Assembly (NCBI GenBank): GCA_963848505.1
Contig: CAWKEB010000002.1
Location: 389,832-453,831 of the forward strand
DNA: 64,000 nt
Source of the DNA: Candidatus Krumholzibacteriia bacterium
Lineage (GTDB): Bacteria > Krumholzibacteriota > Krumholzibacteriia > LZORAL124-64-63
Reading direction: 5' to 3'
Positions 44,421 to 54,043 of this stretch are shown piece by piece. The notes beneath the pieces are model-generated. The model was not told where the DNA came from and did not search any database. It worked only from the letters and a program-made list of their open reading frames with translations. The translations under genes and the position numbers were made by a program. How positions within the stretch are numbered: the stretch's first letter is position 1; the number at the start of each line of letters is the position of its first letter.

Positions 44421-45645
44421 ATGATGAAGAAGCTCCTGTGGATCGGTATCCCGGTGATCGTCGCGGGTATCGTGCTCGGCGCCATGGCGATGAAGCGCGG
44501 CGGCGAGCAGGCCCAGGAGGTCCAGACCGCCAAGGTGGAGCGCCGGAAGATCGTGCAGAAGGTGAGCGCCACGGGGAAGATCCAGCCCAAGGTGCAGGTG
44601 AAGGTCAGCGCCGACGTGAGCGCCAAGATCAACAGGCTGGCCGTGGTCGAGGGCCAGTGGGTGGAGAAGGGCGCCTTCCTGGTGGAGTTGGACCGCGAGC
44701 GCTACCTCGCCGCCGTCGAGAGCGCCGAGGCCAGCGTGCGCTCGGCCGAGGCCAACGCGACCCTGGTCAAGGAGAACCTGGGGCGCAGCCAGAAGGAATT
44801 CGAGCGGTACCGGGAGCTGGTGAGCCAGAACCTGGAATCCGCGACGGTCTTCGAGGACAAGGAATCGGCGTACCGGGTCGAACTCGCGCGCCACGAGTCG
44901 GCCCTCCACCAGGTGGAGCAGGCCGAAGCCGCCCTCAAGCAGACCCGCGACGACCTCTCCAAGACGACCATCTACGCGCCAATGTCCGGCACCATCAGCG
45001 ACCTGCGCAAGGAGCAGGGGGAGATCGCCATCGGCTCCCAGTTCCAGGAGGATGTCATCCTGGTCATCGCCGACCTCGCGGAGATGGAGACCCAGGTCAA
45101 CGTCGACGAGAACGACATCATCTCCATCGCCGTCGGCCAGCACGCGGAGATCGAGGTGGACGCGCTCCTGGACCAGGTGCTGACGGGGATCGTCGCGGAG
45201 ATCGCCAGCAGCGCCAACACCGCCGGCGCCGGGAGCTCGGACCAGAAGACGGAGTTCGAGATCAAGATCAGCATCACGGACCCGCCCCGGACCCTGCGCC
45301 CGGGGATGACCGCCGGCGCCGAGATCTTCACCAGGACCAACGAGAACGCCCTGAGCGTGCCGATCCAGAGCGTCGCGGTCCGCACGGTCGACCAGCTGGT
45401 GATGGCGGGCGAGGACCGGGCCGACGCCGAGCAGCGCTACACGGCCGATCGCGACGGCTTCGTGGAGATCGTCTTCTGCATCGAGAACGGGAAGGCGGTG
45501 GCCAGGCAGGTCACCACCGGGATCCAGAGCGACGAGCTGATCGAGATCCTGACCGGCCTCGCCGAGGGGGAAGAGGTGGTCACCGGCAGCTACCGGGCCA
45601 TCTCCAAGGACCTCGTCAACGGCGCCGCCGTCACCGTCAGCAACG

Positions 45646-45671
<26 letters not shown>
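44421..45671 (+). CDS. efflux periplasmic adaptor (HlyD/MacA family)
   Basis: An N-terminal TM anchor is followed by a lipoyl/coiled-coil pattern (VSATGKIQP...VSADVSAKI...[14 protein letters not shown]) and [10 protein letters not shown]. Confidence 0.85.
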
Positions 45672-46400
<729 letters not shown>

Positions 46401-46404
<4 letters not shown>

Positions 46405-47640
46405 GGCTGCTGCGCGACATCGCCGAGGCGCTGCGGATCGCCTTCGGCGCCCTGCGGGCCAACCGGGCCCGCGGCGTCCTGACTACCCTGGGCATCATCA
46501 TCGGCATCGTCGCGGTGATCCTCACCATGACCGCGGCCAACGGCCTGCAGAACACCTTCCGGCAGAGCTTCGCCTCGGTGGGCGCCGACGTGATCTACGT
46601 CTCGCGCATGCCCTGGGTGATCCAGGGGCGACTTCTTCCTGTACCGGAACCGGCCCGAGATCGACCTGAAGCAGGCCGCGGACCTGGAGTCCCGGCTGCG
46701 CGGGCGCGCCGTCGTCAACCCGACCATGGACACGTCCCGCGACGTGAAGTACCGCTCCGAGACCCAGTCGGGGCTGCGCATCATAGGCACCACCGACAAG
46801 CAGTCCATGGTCTCGAGCGCCCAGCCGGAGACCGGGCGCTTCCTCAACGAGTTCGACGTCACCTACAAGAAGAACGTCTGCGTCATCGGCACCGACGTGC
46901 GCGACGCCCTGTTCGGCAGCGCCAACCCCCTGAACCAGGCCATCAACATCGGGCGCACGCGCTTCCGGGTGATCGGCGTCATGGAGAAGCAGGGCGGCAG
47001 CTTCCTGGGCGGACCCAACTTCGACCGCCAGATCTACATCCCCATCACCTCCTACGTGAAGGCCTTCGGCGGCCAGCACGGGCGCGAGGGCGTGGACATC
47101 GCCGTCAAAGCCCCCTCGAAGGAGGCCCTGGAGGATCTGGAGTTCGAGGTGATGGGCGAGATGCGCAAGATCCGCAAGCTGCGCCCCACCGAGGACGACA
47201 ACTTCTCCATCAACAAGCTCGACACCCTCGTCGGCGCGTTCAACAACGTGATGGGCGTGGTGCTGCTGGTGGGGCTGCTGGTCACGAGCATCTCGCTGTT
47301 CGTCGGCGGCGTCGGCGTGATGAACATCATGTTCGTCTCGGTCACCGAGCGCACCCGGGAGATCGGCATCCGCAAGTCGATCGGGGCCAAGCCCCGCAGC
47401 ATCCTGATGCAGTTCCTGTTCGAGTCGGCCGCCATCTGCCTGCTGGGGGGACTGATCGGCATCCTGGTCGCCTCGATCCTGACCGCGGTGATCAACAAGG
47501 TGCTGATGCCGGCCAGCGTCTCGTTCGCCATCCTGCTGACGGCCGTCGTGGTTTCCATCGCGGTCGGCGTGGCGGCGGGCTTGGTCCCGGCCTTCCGCGG
47601 TGCCCGGCTCAACCCCATCGAGGCGCTGCGCTATGAATAG
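46401..47640 (+). pseudogene. ABC transporter permease (MacB/FtsX family) interrupted by a 1-nt frameshift in a G4 run at 46625-46628
   Basis: The N-terminal 75 aa are in one frame ([32 protein letters not shown]...MPWVIQ). The rest is in the +1 frame (GDFFLYRNRPEIDLK...TERTREIGIRKSIGAKPRSIL...LNPIEALRYE). Reading GGG instead of GGGG restores one ORF. Confidence 0.75.
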
Positions 47641-47663
47641 CACCCGGCCAGGGAGGCTGCACC

Positions 47664-48908
47664 ATGCGCCTGCTTGACGCCTTCTCCATGTCCCTGGGGG
47701 CGATCGTCAGGAACAAGCTGCGCTCGGTCCTGACCCTGGTGGGGATCGTGGCCGGCGTGGCCTCGATCATCGCCGTGATGACCGCGATCTCGGTGGTGCA
47801 GTCGACCATGGAGAAGGAGATGAGCGTCCTGGGCGCCCAGGTCTTCCAGGTGCAGAAGTGGCCGGCCGGGTTCAACTCCGACGCCGAGCGGCGCCGGGCC
47901 ATGCACCGCCCGCCGCTGACGGTCGCGAACGCCGACCTGATCCGCGCGCAGGTCTCGGGCGTGGACCTGGTGGGGGCGGAGATCTGGGACTTCGGGCACG
48001 CGGTCGAGTACAAGGGCGAGGCCACCAACGCCAACAGCTCGATCTGCGGCGGCACGCCCGAGTACCCGGCCAACAACACCCACTACGTGGGCCAGGGCCG
48101 CAACATCTCCCAGTCCGACGTCCGGTTCCACCGCAGGGTGTGCGTCATCGGCTTCGCCGTCGCGCAGGAGCTGTTCCCCTTCACCGACCCCGTCGGCAGG
48201 GACGTGCGCGTGGACGGCCGCAAGTACCAGGTGATCGGCGTGTTCGACCGCAAGAACTCGGCCTTCGGCGGCGGCTTCGACCAGTACGTGTTGATCCCCG
48301 TCACCACCTTCCTGGACACCTACGGCCTGGTCGGACCCGGCGGGTTCGAGCGCTCGGTCAACATCACCGTGCGCGCCATGACCCCCGAGCTGGCCGCCGA
48401 CGCCCTCGAGGAGACCCGGCAGCTGATGCGGCGCGAACGCGGGCTGAAGGCCAACGAGGAGGATAACTTCTCCTTCTTCAGCAGCGAGAGCCTGATCACC
48501 CAGTTCAACCAGATGACTCGGGGCGTGAAGCTGGCGGCGTTCGTGATCGGGATCATCGCGCTGGTGGTGGCGGGCATCGGCATCATGAACATCATGCTGG
48601 TCTCGGTGACCGAGCGCACCCGGGAGATCGGGATCCGCAAGTCGCTGGGCGCCAAGCCCCGTAGCATCATGCTGCAGTTCCTGCTGGAGGCCGTCACCCT
48701 GTGCAACATCGGCGGCGTGGTCGGCGTCCTGGTCGGCTTCGGGCTGGGCAACGTCGTGACCCTGTTCGCGCCCTTCGACGTCAACGTGCCAGTGGAGTGG
48801 GCCGTGATCGGGCTCGTGTTCTGCTCGGTGGTGGGCGTCGGCTTCGGGCTGCTGCCGGCGGTGCGGGCCTCGCGGTTGAACCCGGTCGAGGCGTTGAGCT
48901 ACGAGTAG
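47664..48908 (+). CDS. ABC transporter permease (MacB/FtsX family), intact paralogue
   Basis: 414 aa with TERTREIGIRKSLGAKPRSIMLQFLLEA...RLNPVEALSYE. Confidence 0.9.
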   Translation: MRLLDAFSMSLGAIVRNKLRSVLTLVGIVAGVASIIAVMTAISVVQSTMEKEMSVLGAQVFQVQKWPAGFNSDAERRRAMHRPPLTVANADLIRAQVSGVDLVGAEIWDFGHAVEYKGEATNANSSICGGTPEYPANNTHYVGQGRNISQSDVRFHRRVCVIGFAVAQELFPFTDPVGRDVRVDGRKYQVIGVFDRKNSAFGGGFDQYVLIPVTTFLDTYGLVGPGGFERSVNITVRAMTPELAADALEETRQLMRRERGLKANEEDNFSFFSSESLITQFNQMTRGVKLAAFVIGIIALVVAGIGIMNIMLVSVTERTREIGIRKSLGAKPRSIMLQFLLEAVTLCNIGGVVGVLVGFGLGNVVTLFAPFDVNVPVEWAVIGLVFCSVVGVGFGLLPAVRASRLNPVEALSYE

Positions 48909-48952
48909 CCCGGCCTGTCCGGGGCAACGCGCGGCGACCCGCACCCCCGCAT

Positions 48953-51900
48953 TCAGTTCCCCAGCAGCGCCTTGACCGCCGCTTCGATCTGCTGGTCCCG
49001 ACCCGCGGTCAGCACGTCGGGCTCGTTCCGCACCATGATGTCCGGCTCGAGCTGGGTGTTCTCGCAAAACTTCCCGTCCTCGCCCCGCCAGCCGCCCATG
49101 GGGATGCCGAAGCGCAGGTTCGGGTCGATCTGGTTCTCCCACCAGACGAAGGTGCCGGTGCCGGGCACGGGCATGCCCAGGGTCCGGCCCACGCCCTTGA
49201 TCTTGTAAGCCACCGGGAACAGGTGCGCGTCCGAGTAGTTGCTCTCGCCCATCAGCACGATCGACGGCTTGGTCCACTTGTCGTAGGACTCGGCGCCGAC
49301 GAACTGGCCGTGGGGGATGATGTCGAAGTACGCCTCGCCGGCCAGGAAGTCCGAGAGCTGGTCGTGGATGTTGCCGCCCCCGTTGAAGCGGGTGTCGACG
49401 ATCAGGGCCTCGGTGCCCAGGTGGCGGCCCAGCGCCTCCTCGAACACGACGCGCATGCTGGCGTCGTTCATCGAGCGCACGTGGACGTAGCCGATCCGGC
49501 CGCCGGACAGCCGCGCCACCTCGTCGCGGCGGTTGCGCACCCAGCGCTCGTAGAGCAGCTCGTACTCCTGGCGGGGTTCGATGGGCCTGACTTCCTGCTC
49601 CCAGCGGTTGCCCGAATCGGGATCGTGGATCGAGAGCAGGACCCGGTCCCCGGCCCTGCGGTTGAGCAGCCGCGCGTAGTCGCCGGCCGCGGCGACCTCC
49701 TGTCCGTCGATCCTCTCGATGACCTGGCCGGCCTTCAGCCGCACGCCCGCCCTGTCCAGGGGGCCGCCGGTCATGACCTCGGCCACCTTCAGGCCGCCGC
49801 CGGTGAAGCCGTCGTCGTAGAACAGGCCCAGGGCGGCGGTCTCATCGGTGTTCGGCGCCGTCGGCCGGTAGTAGCAGCCGGTGTGGGAGGCGTTCAGCTC
49901 GCCGAGCATCTCGCTGAGCATCTCGGCGAAGTCGTGGTTGTTGTTGATGTCGGGCAGGAAGCTCCGGTAGGACTCCCGGTAGACGTCCCAGTCGACGCCG
50001 TGCAGGTCGGCCACGTAGAATTTGCGCTGCAGCTGGCGCCAGATGTGGTCGAAGATGTATTCGCGCTCGGCGGCCGGCTTGAGCACCATCTCGCCCTTCG
50101 TCGGCAGCGGCTCGACCTCACCCGACTCGGTCTCGATCTTCTTCAGCTTGCCGTCGGCCAGGACCACGAGGAACTTGCCGTCGCTGGACATCTCGAAGCC
50201 GGCACGGCGCGCGCCCAGCTTGGCCAGCAGCCTGGTGTCGCCGCTGCGGGTCTCGGTCACCCACAGGTCCTCGCCCTTCTCGAAATTGGTCAGGTAGAAC
50301 AGCTTCTCGCCGTCGGGGGACAGCAGCCAGTCCGCGGCCGGCGAGGTGTGGGTCGTCAGCTTCACCCGCCGCTCGGTCAGGTTGTCCCGGTCGACGGTGA
50401 CGACCGCCGGCTCCTTGTCCTTCTTGTCCTTCTTGTCCTTCTTGTCCTTCTTCTTGTCGTCGTCGTCCTTGGCCTCTTCACGCTTCTCCTCCAGGTCCTT
50501 GACCAGCGCGAAGTCCTCCTTCGACAGGCGGAACCGGTCGTAGGCCGCCTTGTCGAAGAAGAGGGCGTGCACGTCCCAGGTGAAGACGCCGCCGCCCTGT
50601 CTGAGGGCGCCGTCGCGGTTGGTGCCCCAGATCATGGCCTTGCCGTCGAGCACCCACTTGGGCATCACGTCGTCGTAGCCGCTGAGGGTCAGGTTGATCA
50701 CATCGCCCTTGCCGTCGGCCGCGACCAGGCCGATCTCCGGCGACATCACCCGCTCGGGCAGGCCGTACTGGACCAGCAGCCACTTGCTGTCCGGCGACCA
50801 GGCGTAGTACTGGTCCCCGTCGGCGTACGAGTAGTTCAGGTTCGCCGGCAGCACCAGGCGCACCTGCCCGGACTTCAGGTTGATCACCTTCAGGGTCACC
50901 CGGTCCTCCAGGTAGGCGACCTCCCTGCCGTCGGGCGAGAACGCGGGCTGGAACTCCTCGGCCTCCGTGGCGACGACCGTGTCGGTCTTCAGCAGGGTTG
51001 CGGCATAGAAGTAGGGCTCGCTTTCCCGCGCGATGCCCACCGTGTAGACGTTCCAGCTGTCGTCCACCTCCGCCGCGTAGACCAGGGTACGCCCATCGGG
51101 GCTCCAGCGGGGGCTGCGCTCCTGCCACGGGGTGTCGGTGATGCGCTTGGTGACCCCGCCCTCGACGCTGCTGACGAAGATCTCGCCCCGGAAGACGTAG
51201 GCGAACTCCTTGTCGTTGGGCGCCAGCACGAATTCGGTGAAGCCCTCGTCCACCGGCACGACCCGGTCCGGGGCGGTCAGGCCATCGACGGCGATCCGCA
51301 CCTCCAGCTTCGCGGGCGGGCCGCCGGGCGCCAGGGTGTAGAGGTCGCCGTCGTAGGCGAAGCAGAGGGTGCCGTCGTCGGCACGGGTCAGGAAGCGCAC
51401 CGGATGGGTGGTGAAGCTCGTCACGGCGACGGCGGCGGCCGAGTCGGACAGGGAGCCGCGATACACGTTGAAGGACCCGCCCCGCTCGCTCAACCAGTAG
51501 AACTCGTCGCCGCCGGCGCCGAAGACGGGATCGCGGTCCTCGGCCGGGTCGGTCGTGACCTGTCGGTAGGTTCCGGTCGCCGTTTCGTGGACCCAGATGT
51601 CGCGGGTCACCGACGAGGTGTGGTGCTTGCGCCAGGGGCTCTCGTAGCCCTTGTAGTCGTGATAGAGCAGCCGCTCGCCCGCGGCGTCGACGGCCACGTC
51701 GAGGGCGGGCACCGGCAGCACCCGGGTCACCCTCCCGCCGGCCGTGGGCACCTGGTACAGTTCGGTCATGCCGCCGGTGGGGAACTGGGCGTTGGCGGCC
51801 GGATCCTGCCGCACGGCCGCGAACAGCACCGCCGTGTCGTCGGCGGTGAACGAGCCCGGCACCTCGCTGGACGAATGGAAGGTCAGCCGGGTGGCCTCGC

Positions 51901-52192
51901 CGCCGGCGGCCGGCATCACGAACACGTCGAAGTTGCCGAAACGGTCCGAGGCGAAGGCCAGGCTGCGGCCGTCGTGGCTCCAGACCGGCGCGTAGTCATA
52001 GGAGTCGCCGACGGTCAGCAGGACGGCCGCGCCGCCGGCGGCGGACACGGACCAGAGATCACCCTTGTATGCGAACACGACGGTGCTGCCATCGGGCGAG
52101 ATGGCGGGGTAGCGCAGCCACCGGGGCCCGTCGTCGGCGACGGCGCCGGTCGCCAGGACAAGGCAGCAGGTCAGCGCGGAAAGGAACTTCAT
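48953..52192 (-). CDS. Tricorn-like protease (TolB-like beta-propellers, PDZ, S41 peptidase)
   Basis: ATG 52192 gives a signal peptide and then RYPAISPDGSTVVFAYKGDLWSV. Repeated SPDG propeller motifs follow. The S41 core reads LIVDTRFNGGGNI...SNYSDAHLFP. The track ORF extends upstream through another gene. Confidence 0.85.
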   Translation of the reverse strand: MKFLSALTCCLVLATGAVADDGPRWLRYPAISPDGSTVVFAYKGDLWSVSAAGGAAVLLTVGDSYDYAPVWSHDGRSLAFASDRFGNFDVFVMPAAGGEATRLTFHSSSEVPGSFTADDTAVLFAAVRQDPAANAQFPTGGMTELYQVPTAGGRVTRVLPVPALDVAVDAAGERLLYHDYKGYESPWRKHHTSSVTRDIWVHETATGTYRQVTTDPAEDRDPVFGAGGDEFYWLSERGGSFNVYRGSLSDSAAAVAVTSFTTHPVRFLTRADDGTLCFAYDGDLYTLAPGGPPAKLEVRIAVDGLTAPDRVVPVDEGFTEFVLAPNDKEFAYVFRGEIFVSSVEGGVTKRITDTPWQERSPRWSPDGRTLVYAAEVDDSWNVYTVGIARESEPYFYAATLLKTDTVVATEAEEFQPAFSPDGREVAYLEDRVTLKVINLKSGQVRLVLPANLNYSYADGDQYYAWSPDSKWLLVQYGLPERVMSPEIGLVAADGKGDVINLTLSGYDDVMPKWVLDGKAMIWGTNRDGALRQGGGVFTWDVHALFFDKAAYDRFRLSKEDFALVKDLEEKREEAKDDDDKKKDKKDKKDKKDKEPAVVTVDRDNLTERRVKLTTHTSPAADWLLSPDGEKLFYLTNFEKGEDLWVTETRSGDTRLLAKLGARRAGFEMSSDGKFLVVLADGKLKKIETESGEVEPLPTKGEMVLKPAAEREYIFDHIWRQLQRKFYVADLHGVDWDVYRESYRSFLPDINNNHDFAEMLSEMLGELNASHTGCYYRPTAPNTDETAALGLFYDDGFTGGGLKVAEVMTGGPLDRAGVRLKAGQVIERIDGQEVAAAGDYARLLNRRAGDRVLLSIHDPDSGNRWEQEVRPIEPRQEYELLYERWVRNRRDEVARLSGGRIGYVHVRSMNDASMRVVFEEALGRHLGTEALIVDTRFNGGGNIHDQLSDFLAGEAYFDIIPHGQFVGAESYDKWTKPSIVLMGESNYSDAHLFPVAYKIKGVGRTLGMPVPGTGTFVWWENQIDPNLRFGIPMGGWRGEDGKFCENTQLEPDIMVRNEPDVLTAGRDQQIEAAVKALLGN
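50413..50468 (-). repeat. in-frame 9-bp tandem repeat encoding a K/D-rich insert (DDDDKKKDKKDKKDKKDK)
   Basis: The plus strand shows ccttgtcct followed by 3 x tcttgtcct and a related tail. Confidence 0.8.
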
Positions 52193-52248
52193 CGGGAGGT
52201 CTCCTCGGTCGTGGTCGGTGCGTCGGGGCAACGTCCCGCGAGAATACC

Positions 52249-53103
52249 CTACCCGGCTAGCCGGGTCACGATCAGTCCTCCGTACCGTTCGACCCGCTCC
52301 AGGTAGACCGCCAGCGGCACCTCCACCACGGCGTTCCCCTGGTACCACCCCGGCAGCCCGCTGCCGGCCGCGTGCACCAGCCAGGGCCCGCCGTCCTTCA
52401 CGATGACGATGCCCACGTGCCCGATCACCAGGCCGTGCTCGTCCCGCAGCGCCCGCGCCCTGGCGTCGTCGGGCGCCAGCACCAGCCAGGCGATGTCGCC
52501 TTCGCGCAACTCGCCGGGCACCATCGAGTTCTCGGGCACCCAGGTGAACGAACCCGCCGCATACCGCGCCGTGCCCAGGCTGTCGGGCCGTGCGCCGGTC
52601 AGCCGCGCCGTCACGTCCTGGCCCCACCAGCCGCTGCGCACCATGTCCAGGCTGTAGTCCAGGTGGGCGGGATGGTCGTAGTCGACGCGGCCGTCCGGCC
52701 CGACCACTTCGGCCGCGGGCGCCCCGGCGAAGCGCGTGCGCAACGCCCAGGCCACGGCTTCGCGCCCGTCGGCGGCGCGGGCCAGCTCGGTGACCCGATA
52801 CAACAGGCTGATGCAATCCTGACGCTGGTCCAGGACCAGGCGACCCAGGGCCGCGTAGCCGTCGTCGTCCAGGCCGAAGCAGTAGGACGCGCCGCCCGCG
52901 GCGACGAAGCGCCGGGCCCAGGCGCCGATCCGCGCCGCCAATGGCAGATCAGGGTCGACCGGGGCGCCTACCGGTCCGGCCGCGGCCGTCTCGCCCCCGT
53001 TGAACACGAGCGCGCGATCGACGGCCTGCACCTCGGGGTCGGCGGCGCAGGCCGCGACGGCCAGCATCAACAGCAGCGGGATCAACACACGGAACATGGT
53101 CAT
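52249..53103 (-). CDS. lipoprotein, DUF1460-like (amidase-like fold family)
   Basis: ATG 53103 gives MTMFRVLIPLLLMLAVAACA. DQRQDCISLLYRVTELA and IGHVGIVIVKDGGPWLVHAAGSG resemble DUF1460 as I remember it. Confidence 0.5.
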   Translation of the reverse strand: MTMFRVLIPLLLMLAVAACAADPEVQAVDRALVFNGGETAAAGPVGAPVDPDLPLAARIGAWARRFVAAGGASYCFGLDDDGYAALGRLVLDQRQDCISLLYRVTELARAADGREAVAWALRTRFAGAPAAEVVGPDGRVDYDHPAHLDYSLDMVRSGWWGQDVTARLTGARPDSLGTARYAAGSFTWVPENSMVPGELREGDIAWLVLAPDDARARALRDEHGLVIGHVGIVIVKDGGPWLVHAAGSGLPGWYQGNAVVEVPLAVYLERVERYGGLIVTRLAG

Positions 53104-53202
53104 CCCATCGACAGGAACGCGGCCACGGCTTGCCGCTCCGGCGGCCAAGGCCGATACTGCAGGGGAACGATGCATCCGTCCATCCCGATCCCGGAGCGCG
53201 CC

Positions 53203-53406
53203 ATGACCCGCACCACGCTAATCCGCAACGTCGCCGGCCCCCTGCTCGGCGGCGGCGCCGGCTTCCTGCTGAACAAGTGGATCACCTGCCGCGGCGGCGG
53301 CTGAAACATCACGTCCAACCCGGTGCTGATGATCCTGTTCGGGGCACTGTTCGGTTGGACGCTCCTCTCCGGCGGAGAGGGCAAGGGCAAGCGCAGCGGG
53401 GAGTGA
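53203..53406 (+). CDS. candidate small two-TM selenoprotein (DUF6132-like), with an in-frame TGA at 53302-53304
   Basis: MTRTTLIRNVAGPLLGGGAGFLLNKWITCRGGG-TGA-NITSNPVLMILFGALFGWTLLSGGEGKGKRSGE, in one frame with GC3-rich codons on both sides of the TGA. ATG 53170 is an alternative start. As a plain CDS it would stop at 53304 (33 aa). Confidence 0.4.
53312..53361 (+). promoter_or_regulatory. strong hairpin 10 nt downstream of the in-frame UGA (possible bacterial SECIS)
   Basis: A 9-bp perfect outer stem (CGUCCAACC / GGUUGGACG) plus a 6-bp inner stem (CGGUGC / GCACUG, one G-U pair). There is a 3-nt bulge and a 17-nt loop. Confidence 0.3.
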
Positions 53407-53412
53407 CGGGAA

Positions 53413-53796
53413 TCAGACGTTCGCGGTCGCCGGCCGGGGCAGGGCGTGGCCGCGGAAGGTCGCGCTGTCGGCCTCCACACGGAAATCGTTGAAGACCAGC
53501 CGCGGCACCACGGCACCGCAGTCGGCACAGCAGGCGGGGCCCACAGGCGCTGCGTCCGCCTCGGCCTCGGGCAGTTCGACCTGGCCCGCCTTGACCAGCG
53601 CCACCAACCGCTTGCGCAGCACCTTCACCTCGTCCTGCCAGTCGTGCAGCATCCGCTCCAGCAGATCCAGCGCGTCGTCATCCGCGGCGCCGGCGGCCAC
53701 CCGCTCGACCTGGGCCAGCAGGGCCCGGTAGGCGGCCTCGGCGCGCACGTAGCGCACGCCGTAGTCGTCGAGGTGTTCGCAGAAGTCCATGGGCAT
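53413..53796 (-). CDS. hypothetical protein
   Basis: AAGGAG lies 6 nt upstream of the ATG. Codons are GC3-rich. I recognise no family. Confidence 0.55.
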   Translation of the reverse strand: MPMDFCEHLDDYGVRYVRAEAAYRALLAQVERVAAGAADDDALDLLERMLHDWQDEVKVLRKRLVALVKAGQVELPEAEADAAPVGPACCADCGAVVPRLVFNDFRVEADSATFRGHALPRPATANV

Positions 53797-54043
53797 GAAG
53801 GCTCCTTCCTGGGGTGGTTATCGGCGGCGGCAGGGAGCGATTGACCCCCGCCTGGCCCGGCATATCCCACTACAATCGTCTGATTTGTCACTAAATTGTC
53901 ACGAAACTCCTTGATTATTTAACAGGCTGTGCCGAAATTGGCCTCAGACCGGGGTGGATCGCCACAGGCACGGCGACCGCGGCCCGGGATCACGGCGGAC
54001 CTCGATGAACGGCCCGCCGTCCACCCGACCGGAGGCTGGAACC

